Shown in pieces: positions 51,690 through 61,214 of a stretch of DNA of 64,000 nt; the stretch's first letter is position 1; every line of letters starts with the position of its first letter. This DNA comes from Lepidodermella squamata (lineage: Eukaryota > Animalia > Gastrotricha), in contig JBLDXI010000002.1 in NCBI GenBank assembly GCA_047495785.1, forward strand, positions 496,001 through 560,000. The letters are read 5' to 3'. The translations under genes were made by a program, and so were the position numbers. Under the pieces are notes generated by a model. That model was given only the letters and a program-made list of their open reading frames with translations, searched no databases and was not told the origin of the DNA.

Positions 51690-52215
51690 TAGGTGATAAG
51701 GAAACTCAGCTGATTAGTTATCAAATTTTGAAAGACACCACGATAAAACGACAAGCTCTAAACGTATGTGTGATAGCACTCAGGAGCAACTGTTATTACC
51801 AGGACTGCTCTCATCAATAATCAAGCTTTTTATTTTTAATTATTCACGAATACGCAAGACAATCCAAGCTGGAATAAAATGTGTTGGGTTGTTAATATTC
51901 ATCTTCTTCGGGTTCAGCTCTTGGCTTCGGAGTCTTCTTGGCGGGTTTCGGCTTCACAACGGGCTGATCCTCAGTCTGCGGGACCATATCCATCAGCTTC
52001 CGGCTAACTGGAGCTCGCGACACTGGCTTGAAAGATTGGTCATTCGTTTTGAAAATCTTCTCGCGAGCCAGCGTGAATTTGGAAATAATGGTTTCCAGCT
52101 CGTTTCTTCGAGCAACGCTGGTCTCGTCCTCCATAAAGAGACGGTCCCTTTCATCTGTATCAACGATACGTTCGGTCCACAGTTTTAGGAGGCGTGGCAT
52201 CAATGTGTCACAAAC
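51690..52215 (-). pseudogene. Duplicated 3' fragment (GED end plus 3'UTR) of the dynamin-like gene
   Basis: VCDTLMPRLLKLWTERIVD..EPEEDEY* is near-identical to the C-terminus at 46756-47079; the 3'UTR also matches; there is no upstream GTPase domain. Confidence 0.85.
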
Positions 52216-52617
52216 TAATAGGAACTGAAAGACCAAAAGTAGTTGTTATCATCTCAAACACTCTAAATATCTCATTCATTAATGCGTGAACAATCCATAA
52301 ACATATTTACCCTCCAGAAAAGTGAAAGCGAACAACTTGCTGATGAAGTCAATGGGCTACTTTCGAATAGTTGTTTTAATACCAAAATTCAGAAACTCTT
52401 CTATTGATTGAATATAGGCTTTAAAGACATTTTTCGCGCCTATATTCAGTCGATAGAAAAAATTTTGGTATAAAAACCGCCGGACAATTGGAAAGTAGCC
52501 CTTTGCCGTCATCGCGCGCTGTCCATAAATTACTGATAATTGGGACATGACGCATGCACATACAAGTCGTACTCTTTTACTTTTGCAGCAGGCCAAGCAA
52601 ATGAATCAATATTAACG

Positions 52618-53634
52618 TTAGTTGTCATTAGCATTACCGTTATCAAAGCTGAAATTTGTGCTATCTTTAATCCAATCAATAACACTGCAGACCCGAGTGA
52701 AACTGTACGAGCAACCGCTGGTCGAATCATATTCGTCGAACTTCGCCACAACCGAAGTTATTCCAATCACATACTGCCGATCATCCTTCCAACACATCAA
52801 TGGCCCTCCGGTATCAGCCAAACAGGCCTGGGGCTTGTAGGGTGTCACCTTGATAACCGAATCGTTCTTGCCATCAATCCGAGGATTGCCGCGGTAGAAG
52901 CCAACTGAAGACAGTAAATTCGATCTAGCACCAAGGCCTCGCAATCCCCAGCCGGCTGAAAACATTTCAGAGCCGAGGCAATCTTCGACTCGGCCATCAA
53001 CTGACCGATTTTGTAAGGTCACCCTGCCACACATTGTAAACGGGTGATTAGGTAAACAAATCGGGCGAATGTCCCGCGAAAACTGGTCGATAGATTCATT
53101 CAATTTGATCAGTCCAACATTAAACTCGAAGGTATTTTCGTTGAATAAATGGTGAATTTTGGTTTCGGATGATGATGAAACAAATTGACCGGGTTGGACT
53201 CGTGATTTGTCACTAGCACCCAGGGTGACTGAGATTTTTTCGGGATTTTTCCCGGATTTTTTCAGGCAGGTAGCGGCGGTTAAAATCCAGCTTTTTGTCA
53301 GGATTACTCCACTGCAGATGCTTTGCTCGTCTTCGCCCTCGAATTTGACTGTCAGCCTTGCGATGAAACTAGCCTTATACCAGGATACTGGGTCTAACGC
53401 GCTTGGCCCGATTTTAAATTTTCGACGTAAATTCGAGGCATTTCCTTGGCTGATATCGTCATAAGTCCCGCATGGGTAATAGGAATTAGGCGATGAATTT
53501 GTCGTAGCATTCGAATAGTCAGTAGAAGCAGTGGTGGAATCACTAAAATCTGAAGAGATTAGCTCCTCTCCTGTTGCCAACTGGGATGAAACACAGCTAG
53601 CTGTGATAAAAAGGTAGATTATATGGAATAACAT
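52618..53634 (-). CDS. Secreted trypsin-fold serine protease homolog, catalytically inactive (338 aa, intronless)
   Basis: Signal MLFHIIYLFITASCVSS; CSGVILTKSWILTAATC (His to Thr), FNVGLIKL (Asp to Asn), ACLADTGGPL (Ser to Thr); IRPICLP; GWG; FTRV..DWI. Confidence 0.9.
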   Translation of the reverse strand: MLFHIIYLFITASCVSSQLATGEELISSDFSDSTTASTDYSNATTNSSPNSYYPCGTYDDISQGNASNLRRKFKIGPSALDPVSWYKASFIARLTVKFEGEDEQSICSGVILTKSWILTAATCLKKSGKNPEKISVTLGASDKSRVQPGQFVSSSSETKIHHLFNENTFEFNVGLIKLNESIDQFSRDIRPICLPNHPFTMCGRVTLQNRSVDGRVEDCLGSEMFSAGWGLRGLGARSNLLSSVGFYRGNPRIDGKNDSVIKVTPYKPQACLADTGGPLMCWKDDRQYVIGITSVVAKFDEYDSTSGCSYSFTRVCSVIDWIKDSTNFSFDNGNANDN

Positions 53635-53851
53635 GTTAACATATGCAAGTATTGCTTGAATAAAGAAGAAATTTCAGCAAAAAAGCAAACCCACGTATTA
53701 AAATCCTTACTCGGTAGGCTAAATGAGCTTATTTTCTAAAAAAAATTAAAAAATTTAATTTTGAACTTTGGGAAAATATTTAATTTTGGAATTTTCATGG
53801 ATCGAATTTCCTACCTTTTTAATTAATGACGAAAATTCTATAAATTTGTGT

Positions 53852-54316
53852 CTTATGCCGACAACTGAGACCACGACATCTCAGATCCAAAAACTGAGAA
53901 CGGACAACCGAGACTAAATAAATTTTAATTTTTTTTAATTGGTTAACCGAGACACCGACAACCGAGACCAATTAATTGATAAATTAAATAAATTATTTTT
54001 ATTTTTCTCACGACAACCGAGACCAATAATCGTGAAAATAAAATTTTAACTCGCTCTTAACACGATATCAACGTGGACAAGGCCAGCGATTCTAAGCCAA
54101 AGTCCTAGTTTTACCGTCTATTTTACATTTTCCCATATTTTTGTCTCGGTTGTCCAGGTCTCAGTTGTCGGTGTCTCGGTTGTCGTGAGAAAAATAAAAA
54201 TAATTTATTTAATTTATCAATCAATTGGTCTCGGATGTCGGCATTAAAATTATTTATTTTAATTTTGGTCTCAGTTGTCGTTTTCTCGGATGTCGGATCT
54301 CAGTTGTCGTAGAACC
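53852..54316. mobile_element. MITE with long palindromic arms of CGACAACCGAGAC subrepeats
   Basis: Inverted arms (cgacaaccgagaccaattaattgataaattaaataaattatttttatttttctcacgacaacc and its inverse); TSD ATTTGTGT (53844-53851, 54317-54324). Confidence 0.8.
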
Positions 54317-54749
54317 ATTTGTGTAAAATTTAAAAATAATAAATATTGTGCAAAAATATCATCCTTGAAATGAAAACCATCATTATAATTTTATTAGGAA
54401 AAAATGGGAAAAATAAATAAATTCATTAAAAATCCAAATATCATGGAAATTATTCAAATTCAAATAATTCCAGATTATTCCAGATTGTTTTCCTTTTTTA
54501 TGAAATGTTTAACTTCTACAACAATGCTTCTCAACAGCAGAAATATGTTTATGGGCCCTTTACAAACAAAAATAAACTTCAAAAATTTCACAAACGTTTC
54601 AATTTCAACTGTTTTATTGTTCATTTTCGCAAATCGGAAATTAATTTCACGTAAACAATCTATTTCAAGGTATAAAATAAGCGCCTATGATATGAGCATG
54701 ATATTGACAGTAATAAAACAAGCAGTCCTTTTAATGAAAACCGCATTTT

Positions 54750-57364
54750 TCAAGTTTTGATTGTCGCATTATCGAGGCGTTGCCGCCTGGCCTGCAGAAC
54801 CCGCTCGACCTCCGAAATTCCGGCCGCATTATTTGAGCCATATATCGCATTATCCTTAACACCCTTAATCCTGCCAACAGTTTGAGTTGCCGGGGTTGAA
54901 AAATTGGGCTTCAACTTAGCCCCGGTCGCAGCAGACAATGTCACCGGTTTCAAAGGGAAATTCGGCTTCGCAGTATCAACAACCGGGTCTTTTTTAGAGC
55001 TACCAGTTCGGGAGGGTGTCTCAACATGCCGCAGTTTCACCTCAGCTAAACATGTAGGCTTTTTCGATGGCGGGGGTACAGACGGTTTTTCGACATTGTT
55101 CGACACCTTTTTCAACTTAACCTCGGTCGGTTTAACCGGTTTCGGTACTGAAACTGGTTTTTCGGTAATTTCAACCTTGGTTTCGGGTTCCTTCATTTTT
55201 ACCGGTTTCGGTAATTTCGGAACTGGTTTCTCGGTAATTTCCATTTTGGTTTCGGGTTCAACCGGGGTTTCTGGCAATTTCGCAGGTTCCAGGGCTGGCT
55301 TTGATTGACAACTCGGTTCCAGATATGAAACAACACATCGCTCAGGTTTCGAAGGTTCCTCCTTAATCTCCAGAATTTCAATCGGGTCGATGTAAGTTTC
55401 GAACTCGGAAGAATACCGAACTTGCCCGTCGTCGATTGATTGCTTTTTGGATGCTTTAAACGCGTTAATCGCAGCTGTTCTGTTAGGCGGAACCAGTTCG
55501 TTATGGCTGAGTGATCTTCTCCGCCTGGCTTGGAATTTACTCGATTTTCCACCCCGCAGCTCCTCAGTACTGCTACCGATCGACTCGGGAGGGACATAAT
55601 AAGTGTCCTCAAAACTGAATTTCGATTTTTCAGCCGTGATTTTCGCTGATTTCGGCGGCGATTTCTCGGAGAAAAGAGACGAAGAGCTAGCGGTTGAGCG
55701 CAACGATGCGTGACCCACTTGCCAATAGATGTGGGGTGATTCGGGTGTAGCCGGGGTTTCGGGTGTTATCGGTAATGGAACTGGTAGGAAAGATGCTTTA
55801 GATGACTGGATCGAAGGTTGAGGCACCTTGTTAGTGGGACTTGATGAGGCCGTTTTAGGACTCGGGAGACCAACACTGCTGAACACGCCCACCCAAAAGG
55901 TGAAGGTCATCGGGTCACATACCTAATAAAAATCAGAAATGTTTTAAAAATTAAAAATTATTTTTCCCTGAAGATGTTTCAATTTTGGGGAATTTTAAAT
56001 TTTTTAATTGAATTTTTGTCAATTTGCCTGAATAATTGTTTTTTTTAAATTCAATTACAATTTTCAATTACAATTCGAAAAATCGATTTCTTAATTTTTT
56101 CTGATTGTTTCAAATAAATTAAATTTTTCACCTTGAAATGAACTAATTTGGCATCGATTTTGCTTTTGAAAGAAAAATGGAACTGTCTCAAGTGGTTAGC
56201 TTGCATAGCAGCGTTGTTGCAATAAAACCGGGGATAAAAATCGTAGTCTTCCAACTGCAACGTCGCAATTTCGCCAATATTTCCACTCGATTTTTTGTCA
56301 GCATTCGACCGAAATTCAACCACCCGTAACTGCCAGCTAGATCCATTCTTGCGAATGTGGCACTGGCACATTTGCCATGAAAGCGACGTCTCGGCCGGTT
56401 CATGTTCGAATGTAACGAACAGATGGCTCAACAGCTTCGAATAGGTCGAATCCGCCGATGAGCTGGAATTATTCGATGGAGTTTTCGGATCCAACATGGA
56501 ACCAGCACTTCCAGCCCGTTGCCGCATTTCACTTGAATGCAGCGATGATGTTTTTTCGGTTCGAAGGTCATCGTCCGAATTATGAGTGTCATTATTTGCG
56601 GGTAATAATGCGCCGACGAGGCCGCCTAGGAAGCGTTTTGCCGATTTTTTGTGACTGTTGCTTGATGAGCCGAATTCAGGCGAATTTCGACGGCTTTTAT
56701 CGCTACTGGTCGAGGTTTTCGGAGATCGAATTTCCGAGGGCTAAAATTAATTCATCAAAAATGATTAAAAAATATGGAAACGATTTTCTGAACATTTCAA
56801 ATTTCAAATAAAAGATAATAAAAATTGTGTAACAAAATCTAAAAATCGCCAGAAATGTTCAATAAATTCTTAAAAATTCCCAGAAATTGCATATAAATTC
56901 TCAAATAATTCTGAAAAATCTCATGAATTCCCAGAAATTTTCAAAAAATTCTAGAAAAATTCCCAGAATTTTCCTATAAATTCTCAAAAAAGTCTAGAAA
57001 ATCTCACAAATCCCAGGACTTTCAATAAATTCTCATCGAAATTCTAGTAAATTCCAGGAAGTTTTATGAAATTTACCTTTACTCGGTCCGGGCTTAAATA
57101 GTTGAAATTAAGCTTAGGTTCAGTGCTGGGTGTCCTGATAGCCGTCGGTAAAATTTCGTAGAGCCCATCGTCATCGAATTGAGCAGTCGGCGTCGTAGTA
57201 GTAGTAATAATGCTGGGCAGATGCTGTTTCGTAAATAATTTACCAGCCGCCGGTCGGACGAAATTAATCTCAGGCGCGACGTAAATTGAAGGTACCGGCG
57301 CTTCTTCGTCCTCTCGAATTTCCAACACGTCGACTAAGCCTTTAGTCGACGACTCTTTTTTCAT
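54750..57364 (-). CDS. Adaptor-like protein (~689 aa): divergent PH-like domain, multiple YxxP motifs, Pro/Lys-rich tail; exons 57364-57077, 56740-56132, 55922-54750
   Basis: In-frame GT-AG splicing. LSWQMCQCHIR..HFSFK..VHFK|VCDPMTFTFWVGVF resembles a PH fold ending in the Trp helix. IYVAP, NYLSP, YYVPP, YIDP, YLEP; PSVPPPSKKP. Confidence 0.65.
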
Positions 57365-58306
57365 TCAAATAAATTCGATGGAAAATCTAGAAAAATAAAT
57401 TAATTCTTAATTAATCCTTAACAAAGGACTGTATCTAGTGCCTAAGGTATTTTATTCTTTCCTAGCCAATGCACCGATTACGAGGGTGGATTATAAACTA
57501 AGGGAACCAGGTGTTTTTGTGTATAACACTCAATGCTATGTGTTATCACGATGCTGATGGTACTTGTTCAAAGGTGTAAAAAAATGTGTCCGCAATAAAC
57601 AAGGCTTTTAGATACGATAAATATGCGGTGTTTTTGTACCCGTTGGTTTTTAACAGTAAGGGATGTGGTATGTTATCGGTGTAATAAACCTGGCGCCAGT
57701 CTGAGACAAATAATAATGTCCGATTGATAAAGCATTATTACTGTAATTTAGCATGAATTTGCCAAGGCTGAGGATAAAGGTTAAATTTAATAAAATCGCC
57801 GGAACCTTTCAATTTATTTTGATAAAATCTCACCGTTAATTGGAAAATATGTTTGTCGCGCAAATTTCATAATTTTGCCTGAAAATTTGGTTAGCGACTT
57901 TGACAAGAATCATGTGATGTAAATATTTTGACAAAATGTGATGAATTCAAACAAAATATGGCGTAAGATTTTAATGTTTGAGGTGTGTCATATTCAAAAG
58001 ATAGGGTTGTAATTATGGCCCGTGATTAATTAATTAGGTTAACATGTAATTATCTAGATCATTCTCCATGGATGATTTTTGCGGGTTTATTGCGCGAAAA
58101 CAATTATATCGAAAAATTCAAGCGCAATTATTTACAAATGTGTGTCGGTTGTAGGCGGGAATTTTCAAGGCGTGAAAATCGGTGAAGAATGAGTATAAAA
58201 ACCGCAAATAATTAGGAATTAGCTTTACGACATCACTATGCGTATATAATGTCCAACATTTCCAAATAATTTATATATGGCGCAAGTCGCATTATTGTTC
58301 ACTCTA

Positions 58307-58486
58307 CAGGGTGGCCAAAAAATTCCGCAGAGCGGGAATTCGCTGCGCATCAATTTAATGAGGAGTTTTAAGAAGCTGAAGAATTTCAAGCATTCTTTTG
58401 CCAATTGAACTCCTCAATTTCTTAAAACTCTTCATTAAAATGATGCGCAGCGAATTCCCGCTCTGCGGAATTTTTTGGCCACCCTG
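58307..58486. mobile_element. Tc1/mariner-type MITE (180-bp hairpin)
   Basis: TA|CAGGGTGGCCAAAAAATTCCGCAGAGCGGGAATTCGCTGCGCATCA with an exact inverse at the right end followed by |TA. Confidence 0.92.
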
Positions 58487-58602
58487 TATATGGGGTCGTA
58501 AAATGAGCTAAATATTGATAGGCATTATGAAACAATTAAGAATGGGGTTTTTTTCAATCACAAATTGCTTTGAAAAAATTGCAGGGATGAAGTTATCAAG
58601 GT

Positions 58603-58989
58603 CATGAGACGTACTATAGGACGCCGCGGCTTGCAGAAAATCAGAAAAAGCGTGATATTTTTAATGAGGTCCAAAGTCCAACTCGCCCAATGAATCATCT
58701 CATTACATTTTTTGCAATCATCTCAAGCCTCTTTTTTGCTTAAGATCAACGAGATCAACACATCTTTACACAGCGTCACGCCGATCTTTTGCTGTAAAAG
58801 AATTCTCATCAGTTTTTAATTATTGACATTTAAAAAATTAAAATTTTATAAATTAAAATTTCTTTAATTTCGAAATTACTGGACTAAAATTTAATTCATA
58901 TGCACTTTCCGATATGCACAGTCCGCGGCCTTCAAGAAGCCCATGTAACGGGAGCTTCGAAGCCGCGGCGTCCTATAGTACGTCTCATG
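58603..58989. mobile_element. Non-autonomous element, P-element- or hAT-like (387 bp)
   Basis: 30-bp perfect TIR CATGAGACGTACTATAGGACGCCGCGGCTT; 8-bp TSD ATCAAGGT (58595-58602, 58990-58997). Confidence 0.9.
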
Positions 58990-59329
58990 ATCAAGGTGGG
59001 TTGAAGCTTTTCAAGTCAAAGTTCCAGGTTCAACGTGCAGGTTGAAGTGATCCGATAGAGATGACTCCACTATATCTTGAATCTTGAGTAAATCTAACTA
59101 CCTGGAAACCGTTGCTATGATAAAGCTTCGGTTTAACGTCTTCAATTTCTGCAAGAATAACTGACAAAATCGCACATCCTAAATTTTCTAGGTCAAATTG
59201 TTAGAAGTCCGATTTTTGGGATCACCACGGTGAAATTTTATTATATATAAATTCGCCTAATTTATAATAAATTTATACAGTGCGGTCTGATACTAGTGCA
59301 GGGGGCGAAGTTCATTCATCTTTTAACGA

Positions 59330-60374
59330 CCCAGTCAAAACCCTGTAGGCCTAGGCTGGGCCTATATAGGCTCCCGGTCTCTGGGCCTAGGCTAGGCCTA
59401 AATTTGAGCGATAATCTAGGCCTAGTCTAGGGTTTTAGAGGTAAGTATACCTAACAATAATTAAGTCTGGCTACTGGTCCCTGAGCTCTCAGGTGCCGGT
59501 AACCATGGCAGATCGACTCGTAACATTGTTTGAAAGAATCGAAAGACAAATCGCTCGATGTTGACTTGTGTCGGTGGTTGGAGTCGAACCCGGGTCGCCT
59601 TGCCAAAGAGGTGGACGCGCTACCACTAGACCAGCTGGTCACGCTTATACAGTAAGGGTTAATAGGGGTATATAAGTTTCAAGGTGGTTTTTTTCATTTT
59701 TTTACGCTCATGTCAGAGTAAATAAAGTAGATCGGAGTGCTCACATAGCAGTTGGAAAGAGGCCCATGGTCATCCATGGTCACCCACGGTACCCACAGAG
59801 GGTGCCTGGATCCCAATATCGCGGTCCTATTTGTGGATGACTTATTTTCATTTTTATTTTTTTATTTTTTTTATTTCAAAAACGATTTCTAGTGCAGTTT
59901 TTCACGGGGAATCAATTGGTGCAATCCGTTTTTATATCTGACCCATGGTCATTATTATACAGCCAATTGTGAGAGGCATAGCATTGGGACAAGTAATAAG
60001 GCTGAAATGCCAGACTTTGCAACTATCATTTTTCGAGTTGCATCAACCAACAAACAACATCAATGATATGGCCACAAGATGCAATGATTTCACAAATTCT
60101 TGCGATATGCTCCAGGAATTGTGGGAAATGGACATATCATACACACAAATGATATACGCATGATGCAGTCTACTTCACTCAATTCCTAGGCCTAGTCTGG
60201 GCCTAGAAAATTCATGAGAAAATTGGCTAGGCCTAGACCAGGCCCAGCATTCTCGGGCCATTTTCAAAGCTCTGTTGTTAGGCCTAGCCTAGGCCCAGAC
60301 CTGACCTAGGCTAGTTCAATTAGGCCTACAATAGGCCTAGGAGCCTAGTCTAGGCCTACAGACTTTTGACTGGG
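59330..60374. mobile_element. Non-autonomous CMC/EnSpm-like element (1045 bp)
   Basis: TIRs CCCAGTCAAAA(cc/gt)CTGTAGGCCTAG; 2-bp TSD GA; many AGGCCTAG subterminal palindromes. Confidence 0.8.
59569..59640 (-). ncRNA. tRNA-derived sequence with Pol III A and B boxes (SINE head or tRNA pseudogene) inside the EnSpm-like element
   Basis: A box TGGTCTAGTGG, B box GGTTCGACTCC; acceptor and anticodon stems do not pair properly. Confidence 0.6.
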
Positions 60375-61214
60375 GAGGAGCTTGGAAAAATTGAAGAATT
60401 TCAAGAGTTCCCTTTCCATTGAAAAGATCGATGTCGCAATTCATGAAACACTTCAATTTTTTCAAGCTCCTCATTAAAAGATGAATGAACTTCGCTTAAT
60501 AGATATAATATTGCGCGGAAACATTGTAAACAAACGATAGAAAGGGCATTCTTGAGCTGATAAGGAATCGATAGGATAAAAGTCAGGCTATTTATTCTTT
60601 GAGTAGGAAAATAGGCTGCATATTTTTGAAAATTTCCTGGGTTTACTGATGTCAGGGTTTAGAATGGTGTAATTGATTTTGGTTCCAAGCCAAGATCGTG
60701 GTCAGCAGCTGAAATTGCTGTAAAAAGTTACATGTAGACAGGGTGGTTAAAAATCTCGAAAAAAATCGCCCGATTCCAAGCTATAAAATGAAGCTATTTG
60801 GTATTATTTGGTCCCTAAATCGACTGCAGGAATTTCCGGTCAGGCCATTTCTATCTAAAATGTACAGCTGCTACAACTCGGGCCATATCTCGTATCGCAG
60901 CATATAATAATAATATCGTGTCTAGTATTTTTGCATCTAATTACCGAGTTAGGAAACACGCTACGTTGTAGGTACCTTCACACTGATCACGCAAAGTCTT
61001 TTTTTTGGTAAAAAAAAGCCTGGATTTCCAGCACATCTGCGAAGTTTTTCGAAAAATTCATGAGTCATCCGTGCGTAAAAAAGAACCCTGGATTTTTATT
61101 GATGTAATATAGGTCAAGTTGAGTTAAAGCCAGGGTAGCGGCGTAGAAATTGTTGAAACAATGAACAAATAGGAAACAAACAAGATTATTCAGACTAGTT
61201 CTAGGCTCTTCACA

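Larger units (their letters stand above)
59305..60495. mobile_element. Hairpin MITE related to 58307-58486, split by the 59330-60374 insertion
   Basis: gcgaagttcattcatcttttaa (59305) pairs with ttaaaagatgaatgaacttcgc (ending 60495); the internal gaggag..gaagaatttcaag is shared with the 58307 MITE. Confidence 0.7.

Noticed and set aside
49875-54316. Regularly spaced short repeats that could suggest a CRISPR array
   Set aside because: They are inverted MITE arms with TSDs in a eukaryotic genome; no unique spacers or cas genes.
54404-54760. 118-aa + strand ORF
   Set aside because: AT-rich antisense of the adaptor 3'UTR; composition is not protein-like.
57380-57400. Acceptor site upstream of the adaptor ATG, suggesting SL trans-splicing
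   Set aside because: A plausible cis donor (G|GTGAGA) lies at about 57833, so an ordinary 5'UTR intron explains it.
57480-57510. TACGAGGGTG mariner-like end (and CAGGGTGG at about 60679)
   Set aside because: No matching opposite TIR found.
59569-59640. Functional tRNA gene
   Set aside because: Acceptor and anticodon stems do not pair, so it is kept only as tRNA-derived.
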